Below are positions 24,679-33,762 of a stretch of DNA of 64,000 bases, piece after piece (the first letter of the stretch is position 1; the number at the start of each line of letters is the position of its first letter). Both the position numbers and the translations under genes were made by a program. Source of the DNA: Candidatus Latescibacterota bacterium (GTDB lineage: Bacteria; Latescibacterota; UBA2968; UBA8231); assembly GCA_964291625.2 (NCBI GenBank), contig OZ220089.1, positions 3,296,001-3,360,000 on the forward strand. Reading direction: 5' to 3'. The notes beneath the pieces are model-generated. The model was given only the letters and a program-made list of their open reading frames with translations, was not told the DNA's origin and searched no databases.

Positions 24679-24890
24679 GGGATTTCACGACTAGGGGACG
24701 AATCAAGGAACGTGCCATCTCCGCGAGCTGCCGACCCCTCGCGCAACTCCCAGGAATATCAAAGGGTTGTGATCCGGCGGGGATGCGGTCCGCCAGGAGG
24801 GGCCGTGTGCAGCGGGGGACATCGGCGTGAACCGGGGTTCACGCAGGGGGATGAGCGGTGTCAGCGGCGGCCGGGGAGGCCGCCCGGCGA

Positions 24891-25760
24891 TCAGGAAGGC
24901 GCCGCGGCGATGATCAGCCGGGGGAGGCCGGCCACGTCGGGACGCATCTCGGGCTCGCCGAAGCCGGCGTCGCGGACCAGGCGGGAAGCCTCCTCGGACT
25001 GGCGGGCCCCGATCTCGAGGAACAGCCGGCCCCCCGGCTCCAGGTGAGGCAGGATGGTCCCGGCAACCCTGCGGATCAGGTCGAGCCCGTCGGGGCCGCC
25101 ATCGAGGGCCAGGCGCGGCTCGTGGTCGCGGACCTCGGGCTCAAGGGTCTCCAGATCGGCGGTGGCGATGTAGGGAGGGTTGCAGAGCACGGCCCGATAG
25201 CGCCGCGCCCCCAGGGGGGCGCACAGGTCCCCGCACACGAAGCGGATGCGGTCCTCGAGCCCGTGGCGCCGGGCGTTCCGCCGCGCCAGGACCAGCGCCT
25301 CATGGGACAGATCGCTGGCCACCACCTGGACGCCCTCGTGCTCGCGGGCGATGGCGATGGCGATGGCGCCGGAGCCGCAGCCCAGGTCGAGGACGGGTCC
25401 CGGGGGGGCGTCGGCGAGAAAGGTCAGGGCCTCCTCCACGAGCAGCTCGGTCTCGGGGCGGGGCACCAGGACGCTGTCGTCCACGTGCAGGTCGAGGAGG
25501 CGGAACCCGGCCTCGCCGGTGATGTACTGGGACGGCCGCCCCGCCAGGCGCTGGCGCACGAAGCCGCGGAAGGCCTCGACCTCGGCGGCGGCGAGGATCC
25601 TGTCGAACTGCAGGTAGAGGTCGAGCCGGCGGATGCCGAGAGCGGCGGCCAGCAGCAGTTCCGCCTCGAGGCGGGCGCTGTCGAGGCCCCGGGAGTCGAG
25701 AAAGCCGCTGGCCTCCTGCAGCAGGTCGAGGAGTTTCCAGCGGCGTCCGTCGCCGGCCAT
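24891..25760 (-). CDS. prmC: Release factor glutamine methyltransferase
   Basis: VLVPRPETE, LDLGCGSGAI, NPPY, EPRLALDGGPDGL; located downstream of prfA. Confidence 0.95.
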   Translation of the reverse strand: MAGDGRRWKLLDLLQEASGFLDSRGLDSARLEAELLLAAALGIRRLDLYLQFDRILAAAEVEAFRGFVRQRLAGRPSQYITGEAGFRLLDLHVDDSVLVPRPETELLVEEALTFLADAPPGPVLDLGCGSGAIAIAIAREHEGVQVVASDLSHEALVLARRNARRHGLEDRIRFVCGDLCAPLGARRYRAVLCNPPYIATADLETLEPEVRDHEPRLALDGGPDGLDLIRRVAGTILPHLEPGGRLFLEIGARQSEEASRLVRDAGFGEPEMRPDVAGLPRLIIAAAPS

Positions 25761-26860
25761 CAGCCCGGAGGGGGCCCGGCGGCCAGGACGCGCTGCTGCT
25801 CGGCGGAGATCAGCTCCTCGACGAAGGCATCGATGCCCCCGTCGAGGACCTCCTCGAGCTGGTACAGACTGAGCTTGACGCGGTGGTCGGTGACCCGGCC
25901 CTGGGGGAAGTTGTAGGTGCGGATCTTGTCGCTGCGGTCCCCGGAGCCGATCTGCTGTCGGCGCTCCCGCGACAGCTCCGCCTCCTGCTTCGCCTTCCGG
26001 AGCTCCAGCAGCCGCGCCCGCAGGACCTTCAGGGCCTTGGTCTTGTTCTTCAACTGGGACTTCTCGTCCTGGCAGCTGACCACCAGGCCGGTGGGCCCGT
26101 GGGTGACGCGGACGGCCGAGTCGGTGGTGTTGACGCTCTGGCCGCCGGGGCCGCCGGAGCGGAAGACGTCGATCTCCAGATCTTCGGGATCGATGTGAAC
26201 GTCCACCTCCTCGGCCTCGGGGAGGACCGCCACCGAGGCCGCCGAGGTGTGGATCCGGCCGCTGGCCTCGGTCTTGGGGACCCGCTGCACGCGGTGCACG
26301 CCGCTCTCGAACTTGAGGCGGCCGAAGGCGCCGGCGCCCGAGACCAGGAGGACCGCTTCCTTGAATCCGCCGGCGGGGTTGGTGCTCGACGACAGGGGCT
26401 CGATGGCCCAGCGGCGGCGCTCGGCGTAGCGGTCGTACATCCGGTAGAGATCGGCGGCGAAGAGTCCGGCCTCGTCGCCGCCGGCCCCGGCGCGGATCTC
26501 GACGATGGCGTTGCGGGCGTCGTTGGGGTCCCTGGGGACCAGCAGCAGCTTGAGGGCCTGTGTGAGGGTCTCGACTTCGGGGTCGAGCGTCTCCAGCTCG
26601 GCCCGCGCCAGCTCGAGAAGCTCCTCGTCCCCGCCGTCGGCGAGGATCTGCCGCGCCTCGTCCCGGCGGACCAGGACCTCCCGGTAGCGCGCCGTGGTCT
26701 CCACGGTCTCCTTGAGATCGCCCGCCTCCCGGGCCAGCTTGCGGAACTCGGCGGCGTTGCGCGCCACCTCCGGTTGGGAGAGCCGCTCGTTGAGCTCGGC
26801 GTAGCGCCTATCGATCTCCTCCAGCCGTTCGAGCACGTCAGCCGCCTCCCTCAGCGGCAT
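25760..26860 (-). CDS. prfA: Peptide chain release factor 1
   Basis: [21 protein letters not shown] (PxT motif of RF1), [30 protein letters not shown]. The exact start is uncertain. Confidence 0.97.
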   Translation of the reverse strand: MPLREAADVLERLEEIDRRYAELNERLSQPEVARNAAEFRKLAREAGDLKETVETTARYREVLVRRDEARQILADGGDEELLELARAELETLDPEVETLTQALKLLLVPRDPNDARNAIVEIRAGAGGDEAGLFAADLYRMYDRYAERRRWAIEPLSSSTNPAGGFKEAVLLVSGAGAFGRLKFESGVHRVQRVPKTEASGRIHTSAASVAVLPEAEEVDVHIDPEDLEIDVFRSGGPGGQSVNTTDSAVRVTHGPTGLVVSCQDEKSQLKNKTKALKVLRARLLELRKAKQEAELSRERRQQIGSGDRSDKIRTYNFPQGRVTDHRVKLSLYQLEEVLDGGIDAFVEELISAEQQRVLAAGPPPG

Positions 26861-26871
26861 CCTTCGGAGAC

Positions 26872-26921
26872 AAAAAAAGGGTGATGGGCCGAAGCGCCGA
26901 GCGCGCCTCCGCCCATCACCC
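26872..26921 (-). terminator. Intrinsic terminator after rpmE2
   Basis: Minus strand: gggtgatgggc...gcccatcaccc stem followed by T7. Confidence 0.85.
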
Positions 26922-26940
26922 GTCGTCGCCGCCGAGGCGG

Positions 26941-27267
26941 CTAACCGTCGGTCGCTTCGGCAGCCGGCGCCTCGGCCGGCGCCTCCTCCGCCTCGTCTCC
27001 CTCGTCCGTCTTGCCGGCGTTGAAACCCGCGTAACGCTGGCGGAACTGCTCGATGCGGCCGCCCCTCTCGGAGAGCTGCTGCTCCTTGCCGGTGTAGAAG
27101 GCGTGCGAGGCGGAGCTGAGGTCGAAGCGGATGACGGGGTACTCCCGTCCGTCGTCCCAGGCCATCTTCTCGTCGGAAGTCGCCGTCGACCGCGTCAGCA
27201 CCTTGAAGTCGACGCTGACGTCGTAGAAGATGACCGGTCTGTACTCTGGGTGGATGTCTTGTTTCAT
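26941..27267 (-). CDS. rpmE2: 50S ribosomal protein L31 type B (Zn-independent)
   Basis: [16 protein letters not shown]...[30 protein letters not shown]. No CxxC motif; acidic C-terminal tail. Confidence 0.93.
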   Translation of the reverse strand: MKQDIHPEYRPVIFYDVSVDFKVLTRSTATSDEKMAWDDGREYPVIRFDLSSASHAFYTGKEQQLSERGGRIEQFRQRYAGFNAGKTDEGDEAEEAPAEAPAAEATDG

Positions 27268-27346
27268 CGCTCCGGCTCGCTGCGAGTCACTGACGGGGAA
27301 AATAAGACACGGCTTGGTATCGGCAAGAGGTCTCCGGCGGGGGCAC

Positions 27347-28783
27347 TCAGTCGTTCATCGCCTTGAGGAACTCCTCGTTCGACGTCGTGCCGTCCATGCG
27401 CTCGAGGAGGAACTCCATGCCCTCCACGACCCCCATCTGGTTGAGGATGCGGCGGAGGATGTGGGAGCGGGTGAGCTCGAACTCCGAGAGCAGCAGTTCC
27501 TCCTTCCGCGTCGCCGTGGCGGTCACGTCCATGGCCGGCCAGGTGCGGCGGTTGCTCAGGCGCCGGTCGAGGGTGACCTGCATGTTGCCGGTGCCCTTGA
27601 ACTCCTCGAAGATCACCTCGTCCATGCGGCTGCCCGTGTCGACGAGGGCGGTGCCGATGATGGTCAGGGAGCCGCCTTCCTCGACGTTGCGCGCCGCCGC
27701 GAAGAACCGGCGCGGGTGCTGCAGGGCCGTGGAGTCGACGCCGCCGGTGAGGATGCGTCCCGAATGGGGCGTGACCACGTTGTAGGCCCGCGCCAGGCGG
27801 GTGATGCTGTCGAGGAGGATCACCACGTCGCGGCGGTGCTCGGTGAGGCGCTTGGCCTTCTCGATGACCATCTCCGCCACCTGCACGTGCCGCGTAGCCG
27901 GCTCGTCGAAGGTGGAGCTCACCACCTCGCCCTTGACCGAGCGCGACATCTCCGTCACTTCCTCGGGGCGCTCGTCGATGAGCAGCACGATGAGGACGCA
28001 CTCGGGATGGTTGGTGGTGATGGCGTTGGCCAGGTTCTGCAGCAGCATCGTCTTGCCGGTGTACGGCGGGGCCACGATCAGTCCGCGCTGCCCCTTGCCG
28101 ATGGGCGAGAGCAGGTCGAGGATGCGCGTCGTCATGTTCTTGGGATTGTGCTCGAGCTGGAGCCGCTCCCGTGGATGCAGGGCCGTCAGGTTCTCGAAGA
28201 TCGTCTTGTTCTTCGTGACCTCGGGGTCCTCGAAGTTGATCGCCTCCACGCGCAGCAGGGCGAAGTACTTCTCGTCGTTCTTGGGCGGCCGCACCTGTCC
28301 GGAGATCGTGTCTCCCGAACGCAGGCTGAAACGCTTGATCTGGGAGTGGGAGACGTAGATGTCGTCGGGTCCCGGCAGGTAGTTGTAGGTCGGGGACCGC
28401 AGGAACCCGAAGCCCTCCTCGAGGACCTCGAGGACGCCCTGGGCGAAGAGCAGGCCGCTGCGCTCGGTCTGCGCCTTCAGGATCGAGAAGATCAGCTCCT
28501 GCTTGCGCAGCGAGTGGTAGTCCAGCACGCCGAGGTCCTTGGCCAGCGACTGCTGGTCGAGGATGTTCATCGCCTGCAGCTCGATGATGTTCAGGCGCTC
28601 GACCCGCGACCTGGACTCGGAGGTGTTCTCGGGGCGTTCCGGGCGCTCGCCGCGCTCGGGGAGACCGTCGCCGTCCTGGGTTGGCGCCTGGCGCACGACC
28701 GGAGGCCGGTCGCGGTTGCTGCGGTAGCGGGAGCGGCTGTTGCCGCGCTCGGTGCGTTCGCTGTTCGGGCGCTGCGGGGGCAT
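27347..28783 (-). CDS. rho: Transcription termination factor Rho
   Basis: [61 protein letters not shown]. Confidence 0.97.
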   Translation of the reverse strand: MPPQRPNSERTERGNSRSRYRSNRDRPPVVRQAPTQDGDGLPERGERPERPENTSESRSRVERLNIIELQAMNILDQQSLAKDLGVLDYHSLRKQELIFSILKAQTERSGLLFAQGVLEVLEEGFGFLRSPTYNYLPGPDDIYVSHSQIKRFSLRSGDTISGQVRPPKNDEKYFALLRVEAINFEDPEVTKNKTIFENLTALHPRERLQLEHNPKNMTTRILDLLSPIGKGQRGLIVAPPYTGKTMLLQNLANAITTNHPECVLIVLLIDERPEEVTEMSRSVKGEVVSSTFDEPATRHVQVAEMVIEKAKRLTEHRRDVVILLDSITRLARAYNVVTPHSGRILTGGVDSTALQHPRRFFAAARNVEEGGSLTIIGTALVDTGSRMDEVIFEEFKGTGNMQVTLDRRLSNRRTWPAMDVTATATRKEELLLSEFELTRSHILRRILNQMGVVEGMEFLLERMDGTTSNEEFLKAMND

Positions 28784-29057
28784 GCGGATCGTTACCTTTC
28801 GAAGGGTGGGCCGGTTGCTGCGGAGGGGGGCTTGAAGTGAGGCGGCGGAGCCGCCCGGGGGGGACCGGCAAGGAACTGCCGGCCGTGCAAGTCAGATCTC
28901 GTAAGACCGGATACCGCCGCGCCGCAGGTCCGTCGACGGGAACCGCGGACACTGGTCAGCCGGCTGGCTGCGCTGGGGTATTCGAGTTGAGATCAGGGGG
29001 ATCCGGAAGTGGAGCCCCGGACGTTGGGAGGAAAGCGGCTTTCAACAGCGTTCGGTC

Positions 29058-29086
29058 AAGTTATCCAAGCCGCCCGGCGTTGTCAA
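29058..29086 (-). promoter_or_regulatory. Sigma70-type promoter for rho-rpmE2
   Basis: Minus strand: TTGACA (29086-29081), 17-nt spacer, TAACTT (29063-29058). Confidence 0.6.
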
Positions 29087-29133
29087 GCGCAAACACCCCG
29101 GGACGCCGCGTCCCCCGGCCCGCCCGGGAGCCT

Positions 29134-29162
29134 TTGACCCGGTTCGGGGGGAGGGGTAGCTT
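29134..29162 (+). promoter_or_regulatory. Sigma70-type promoter for dnaG
   Basis: TTGACC (29134-29139), 17-nt spacer, TAGCTT (29157-29162); divergent from the rho promoter. Confidence 0.55.
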
Positions 29163-29194
29163 GTCCGCGCCCGGTCCTCTCTCCGCCCCTGCCC

Positions 29195-31024
29195 ATGCCC
29201 GAAATCCCCCGGGATACCATCGAGCGCGTCAAGGCGGCCACCGACATCGTCGAGGTCGTCTCGGAGCACGTCCAACTCCGTCAACAGGGCCGCAACTGGC
29301 TGGGGCTGTGCCCGTTCCACAACGAGAACACGCCCTCCTTCAACGTCAATCCCGAGCTCCAGATCTATCACTGCTTCGGCTGCGGCGTCGGCGGCGACAT
29401 CTACAAGTTCCTCCAGGAGATCGACAAGGTCTCCTTCTTCGAGGCCCTCACCTTCCTCGCCGGGCGCGCCGGGATCTCGCTGCCGCGGTCCGGGGGCGCC
29501 GCGGCCGACGACGAGCGCAACGACCGGCTCTTCGGGGCCAACGAGCTGGCGGCGAAGTACTTCCAGTACATGCTGCGCCGTCCCGAGGGCGCGGCGGCGC
29601 TGCGCTATCTGCACCGCCGCGGGGTCACCGACGAGACCGCCGAGGCCTTCCGCCTCGGCTACGCCCCGGGGGGGTGGACCAGCTTCCTCGACATGGCGAC
29701 GAAGCCCAGGAGAGGCTTCCGCGCCGAGGAGCTTGAGCAGGCCGGCCTCGCCCTGCCGGGCCGCTCCGGCCGCGGCCACTACGACCGCTTCCGCGACCGC
29801 GTCGTCTTTCCCATCACCAACCTGTCGGGCCGCACCATCGGCTTCGGCGCGCGGGCCCTGCGCGACGACGACGAGCCGAAGTATCTCAACTCTCCGGAGA
29901 CCCCCATCTATCACAAGAGCGGCGTGCTCTACGGGATGGCCGCGGCCCGGGAGTCGATCCGCCGCCGCCGGACGGCGCTGGTGGTCGAGGGATACATGGA
30001 CGTCGTCGGCCTGGCGCAGCACGGCGCCACCCACGTCGTCGCCTCCTCCGGGACTTCCCTGACGCCGGGGCACGCGCGCCTGCTGGGGCGGTACGCGGAG
30101 CGCGTCGTCCTGCTCTTCGACGGCGACGCCGCCGGGGGTGCGGCGGCCGAGCGCGGTGTGGAGGTGCTCCTCGGGACGGAGCTCGACACCCGCATCGCCA
30201 CCCTTCCCGCCGGTCAGGACCCCGACAGCTTCGTCCGCCGGGAGGGCGGCGCCGGGGCTTTGGAGGAGCTCGTCGAGTCGGCGCCCCCGGCCCTCGACGT
30301 CTACCTCGACCGCCTGGCGGCGGCCGTCGACCTGACCTCCGTCGCCGGCCGCGCCCGCGCCGTGGACCGGCTGGTCCCCCTGTTCTCCCAGTGCCGGGAG
30401 GAGGTCCGGCGCGACCTCATGCTGCGCCGCGTGGCCCAGCGCTTCGAGGTCGACGAGCAGGCGCTGCGGCGGGACGTGGCCGCCGCCATGTCCCGGCCGC
30501 GGCGGGCCCGCCCCGAAGAGCCGGCGGCTCAGGCTCCCCGGCCGCGGACGGCGGGAGGCGCTCCGAAGCCGGCCACGGGGAGCGAGCTCGAGCGCCAGTT
30601 CGTCGGCCTGCTGCTGCAGCACCCGGAGTTGATCGTGCGCAGCCGGGAGCACCTCGCTTCGGAACTCTTCGGCGATGCCGACGTCCGCCGCCTGGTGGAC
30701 TATCTCACCGGCCATCCGCCGGAGGACGGCCACGTCGACCTCACGGCCTTGCTGAACCACGTGGACGAGGATCTCCGGCGCCTGGTCTCCACCTGCGCCA
30801 TGGAGAGCTTCGACCCCGGCCACGTGGAGGAGCTGTGGAGCGATCACCTGCACCGGCTGCGGCGCGCCGACCTCACGCGCCGCATCGACGACGCCACCCG
30901 GCAGCTGCGGCGGGCCTCGGAGGCCGGCGCCGCCGGCGAGGTGGAGCGGCTCCAGGCCGACCATCGCCGGCTGGTGGTGGAACGGACGCGGCTGGAGGGG
31001 CAGGGATCGGCTGCCCCGTCTTGA
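29195..31024 (+). CDS. dnaG: DNA primase
   Basis: CHC2 zinc finger CPFH..TPSF..CFGC, YDRFRDR, KYLNSPET, TOPRIM VEGYMD, FDGDAAG, DPD. Confidence 0.97.
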   Translation: MPEIPRDTIERVKAATDIVEVVSEHVQLRQQGRNWLGLCPFHNENTPSFNVNPELQIYHCFGCGVGGDIYKFLQEIDKVSFFEALTFLAGRAGISLPRSGGAAADDERNDRLFGANELAAKYFQYMLRRPEGAAALRYLHRRGVTDETAEAFRLGYAPGGWTSFLDMATKPRRGFRAEELEQAGLALPGRSGRGHYDRFRDRVVFPITNLSGRTIGFGARALRDDDEPKYLNSPETPIYHKSGVLYGMAAARESIRRRRTALVVEGYMDVVGLAQHGATHVVASSGTSLTPGHARLLGRYAERVVLLFDGDAAGGAAAERGVEVLLGTELDTRIATLPAGQDPDSFVRREGGAGALEELVESAPPALDVYLDRLAAAVDLTSVAGRARAVDRLVPLFSQCREEVRRDLMLRRVAQRFEVDEQALRRDVAAAMSRPRRARPEEPAAQAPRPRTAGGAPKPATGSELERQFVGLLLQHPELIVRSREHLASELFGDADVRRLVDYLTGHPPEDGHVDLTALLNHVDEDLRRLVSTCAMESFDPGHVEELWSDHLHRLRRADLTRRIDDATRQLRRASEAGAAGEVERLQADHRRLVVERTRLEGQGSAAPS

Positions 31025-31073
31025 CCCTGCCGGGCGGCGGGGGCACCTTTTCCCGGCCGGGTCGTGCGTTCTC

Positions 31074-31150
31074 GGGCCCATAGCTCAGCTGGTCAGAGCG
31101 GCGGACTCATAATCCGTTGGTCCCAGGTTCGAACCCTGGTGGGCCCACCA
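31074..31150 (+). tRNA. tRNA-Ile2 (anticodon CAT, lysidine type); elongator Met less likely
   Basis: GGGCCCA/TGGGCCC acceptor stem, anticodon loop CTCATAA, GGTTCGAA T-arm, ACCA end. Confidence 0.85.
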
Positions 31151-31162
31151 GGTCCCCATCGC

Positions 31163-31239
31163 GGGCGATTAGCTCAGTTGGTTAGAGCGCCGGTCTCACA
31201 TACCGGAGGTCGCTGGTTCAAATCCAGCATCGCCCACCA
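31163..31239 (+). tRNA. tRNA-Val (CAC)
   Basis: GGGCGAT/ATCGCCC acceptor stem, ccggt-CTCACAT-accgg anticodon arm, encoded CCA. Confidence 0.93.
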
Positions 31240-31337
31240 TGTGCAACGGCCCCGCCGGCGGCCCCCGGCCGGGGCCGTTCCGTTGCGCTCTCCGGCCTTG
31301 GCCGCGATCTCCTGGCCCGTAGACGGGAGGTGTCCCC

Positions 31338-31514
31338 ATGGCGCTCCGCCGCCTTCTCGCGCTCCTGCTCCTGCTCGTCCTGCTGACCTCCTGCGGCAGG
31401 GGGTTCTTCACGACCAGTTCCCCGGGCGTGGAGCCCGAGCCCCCTCCGGGAGACCCCACCGACACCGGCCCCGTGCCGGAGGCGACACCCGCGCAGACGG
31501 CCCCCGGGGCCTGA
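31338..31514 (+). CDS. Small (58 aa) proline-rich lipoprotein, below the ORF-track length cut-off
   Basis: GGAGGT RBS; MALRRLLALLLLLVLLTSC (lipobox) followed by a P/T/E-rich tail. Confidence 0.6.
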   Translation: MALRRLLALLLLLVLLTSCGRGFFTTSSPGVEPEPPPGDPTDTGPVPEATPAQTAPGA

Positions 31515-31619
31515 CCTCGTGAGCCGGCCTCACACCCGACCCGGCGACGGGCCGGGGCGGAACCGGTGTCTGTGCAATCGAAGGCGGGCCCGGCCCGCCC
31601 CCGGAGGGAGAGTCCTCCT

Positions 31620-31649
31620 TTGACACCCAACCTGTTGGAGAACAGATTG
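31620..31649 (+). promoter_or_regulatory. Promoter of the fab cluster with an overlapping palindrome
   Basis: TTGACA at 31620-31625; near-perfect inverted repeat CAACCTGTT-GGAG-AACAGATTG at 31628-31649. Confidence 0.5.
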
Positions 31650-31712
31650 TTACGGCGGTTTTTGGCGGGTCGGCGCCACCCTGATCGGGCGGAGGTTCGC
31701 GGCTGAGGCCAG

Positions 31713-32717
31713 ATGGCGGATCTGTTCATCCACGGTATGGGGCACTTCCACCCCGAGAACACCATCGACAACGCGTTCCTCGAGGAGTTGGATATCGGCA
31801 CCGACGACCGCTGGATCCTCGAGCGGGTGGGGATCCGCGAGCGCCGCACGGTGCTGCCCCTGGACTACATCCGCCAGACCCGCAACGGCGACCCTCGACA
31901 GGCGCGGGAGGCGGCGGTCTACGACAACGCCGAGACGTCGGTGCGCGCCTCCGGCCTGGCCCTCGAACGGGCCGGAGTCGGCCGCGAGCAGATCGGACTG
32001 GTGATCGCCGGCGGGTGCTACCCCGACACCGCCATCCCGGCCGAGGCCAGCCGGATCGCCGCGGCCCTCGAGATCGACGCGCCGGGGATCGACCTCAACT
32101 CCGCCTGCTCCACCTTCGGCGCCCAGATGCACTTCCTGTCCTCAATGTCCGGCCTTCCCCCCTTCGTGCTCGTCGTCAACCCGGAGAACACGACCCGCGC
32201 CATCGACTACGGAGACCGCCGCACGGCGGTGCTGTGGGGCGACGGCACGAGCGCCGCCGTCCTCTCCTCGCGGGAACCGGGCCCTCTGCGGGTGGTGGAG
32301 ACGACCCTGGCGGCCGACTCGGCGCGCTGGGAGGCTGTGCGCATCCCCCGCTTCGGCCACTTCTGGCAGGACGGCAACGCGGTGCAGCGCTTCGCCATCA
32401 AGACGACCGCTTCCTCCGCCGAGGCCCTTCTGCCCGGCGCCCGCGAACGCACCGCGGCAACGGGCGGCCGGGTGCGTTTCATCGGCCACCAGGCCAACCT
32501 GCTGATGCTCGAGGCCGTGGCCCGGCGGCTCGGCCTCGAAGAGGACGCCCACTGGTACAACGTCGACCGCTTCGGCAACACCGGGGCCGCCGGGGCGCCC
32601 GGGGTCCTCTCCCAGTGCTGGGACGACATGAACGAGGGCGACTCCCTCATCCTGGTCGTCGTCGGCGCGGGGCTGACCTGGTCGGCGATGCGCATCGACG
32701 CGGGGGACGGTCCGTGA
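31713..32717 (+). CDS. fabH: Beta-ketoacyl-ACP synthase III family
   Basis: Cys-His-Asn triad (NSACS, GHQAN, FGNT); also WGDG and VGAGLTW. Confidence 0.88.
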   Translation: MADLFIHGMGHFHPENTIDNAFLEELDIGTDDRWILERVGIRERRTVLPLDYIRQTRNGDPRQAREAAVYDNAETSVRASGLALERAGVGREQIGLVIAGGCYPDTAIPAEASRIAAALEIDAPGIDLNSACSTFGAQMHFLSSMSGLPPFVLVVNPENTTRAIDYGDRRTAVLWGDGTSAAVLSSREPGPLRVVETTLAADSARWEAVRIPRFGHFWQDGNAVQRFAIKTTASSAEALLPGARERTAATGGRVRFIGHQANLLMLEAVARRLGLEEDAHWYNVDRFGNTGAAGAPGVLSQCWDDMNEGDSLILVVVGAGLTWSAMRIDAGDGP

Positions 32718-33304
32718 CCTACGCCGAGTTCACCGAGCGCGGGTACTACCACGCCGAGGAGCTGCTGGCCCTGTCGCAGGGCAACCTCGTCGACGACGCG
32801 CCCGAGGAGTTCATCCGCCTCCCGGCTCCACCCATGCTCATGATCACGCGGGTCACCGAGCTCGAGCGCCGGGGGCCGCGGGGCCGCATCGTCGGCGAGC
32901 AGGACATCGCTCCCGCCGACTGGTTCTTCCATTGCCACTTCCGCTCCGACCCGGTGCAGCCCGGATGCCTCGGCGTCGACGGCGTCTGGCAGCTCGTGGG
33001 ACTCTACATCGCCGCCTGCGGCGCCCCGGGCTCGGGGCGGGCCCTCGGCTGCAAGGAGGTCGAGTTCGCAGGCCAGATCCGCCCCTACAACCGGACCGTG
33101 CGCTACGAGGTCGACATCCGCCGGTTCTCCCAGCTCAGGGAGTCCGGATCGGCCGTCGCCATCGGCACGGCGAAGGTCCTGGTCGACGGCGAGCACATCT
33201 ACACGGTGAAGGACGCCAAGGTCGGCATGTTCCTCGGCATCGCCTACCCCGACTACCCGCGGCGCTCGGAGCACAGCGTCGGCGGCATCATGGACCGAGC
33301 CTGA
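32714..33304 (+). CDS. fabA: FabA-type 3-hydroxyacyl-ACP dehydratase/isomerase
   Basis: LPAPPMLM, WFFHCHFRSDPVQPGCLGVD (His/Asp dyad), GSGRALG, VEFAGQI. GTG overlaps the fabH stop. Confidence 0.88.
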   Translation: MTYAEFTERGYYHAEELLALSQGNLVDDAPEEFIRLPAPPMLMITRVTELERRGPRGRIVGEQDIAPADWFFHCHFRSDPVQPGCLGVDGVWQLVGLYIAACGAPGSGRALGCKEVEFAGQIRPYNRTVRYEVDIRRFSQLRESGSAVAIGTAKVLVDGEHIYTVKDAKVGMFLGIAYPDYPRRSEHSVGGIMDRA

Positions 33305-33762
33305 TGCTGACGCCGGAGCAGGTCCTGGACCTCATTCCGCAGCAGCGGCCCTTCCGGTTCATCGACCGCCTCGTCGAGCTGGGCGAGGCCAGTGCCGTGG
33401 GCGAGTACACTTTCCGCGACGACGAGACGTTCTACGCCGGCCACTTCCCGGGGCATCCCGTGACCCCGGGGGTGATCCTCATCGAGACCATGTGCCAGAC
33501 GGGTCTGGTGGCCCTCGGCATTCACCTGCTGGGCATGGAGCTGCCGGCGCCGGAGGTGGCGAAGACGGTCACCCTCTTCACCGATGCCGAGGTCGAGTTC
33601 GAGCGCGTCGTGGGGCCGGGGGAGACGGTGCGCGTCTCCGCCGAGAAGATGTTCTGGAGAAGGAGGAAGCTGAAATCGAAGGTCGAGCTGAAGCTGGCCG
33701 ACGGGACCTACGTGGCCGGCGGCACGGTCTCCGGAATGGGAGTCGCCCGTGAGCAATTCTGA
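33304..33762 (+). CDS. fabZ: FabZ-type 3-hydroxyacyl-ACP dehydratase
   Basis: IPQQRPFRFID and FYAGHFPGHPVTPGVILIE (His/Glu dyad). Confidence 0.85.
   Translation: MLTPEQVLDLIPQQRPFRFIDRLVELGEASAVGEYTFRDDETFYAGHFPGHPVTPGVILIETMCQTGLVALGIHLLGMELPAPEVAKTVTLFTDAEVEFERVVGPGETVRVSAEKMFWRRRKLKSKVELKLADGTYVAGGTVSGMGVAREQF

Noticed and set aside
24825-24844. gcgtgaac-cggg-gttcacgc hairpin downstream of prmC
   Set aside because: Short stem without a U-tract, seen once; function cannot be supported.
31064-31522. 152-aa ORF across the tRNAs (likewise 44156-44379 and 41842-42030)
   Set aside because: These are translations of tRNA or rnpB sequence.
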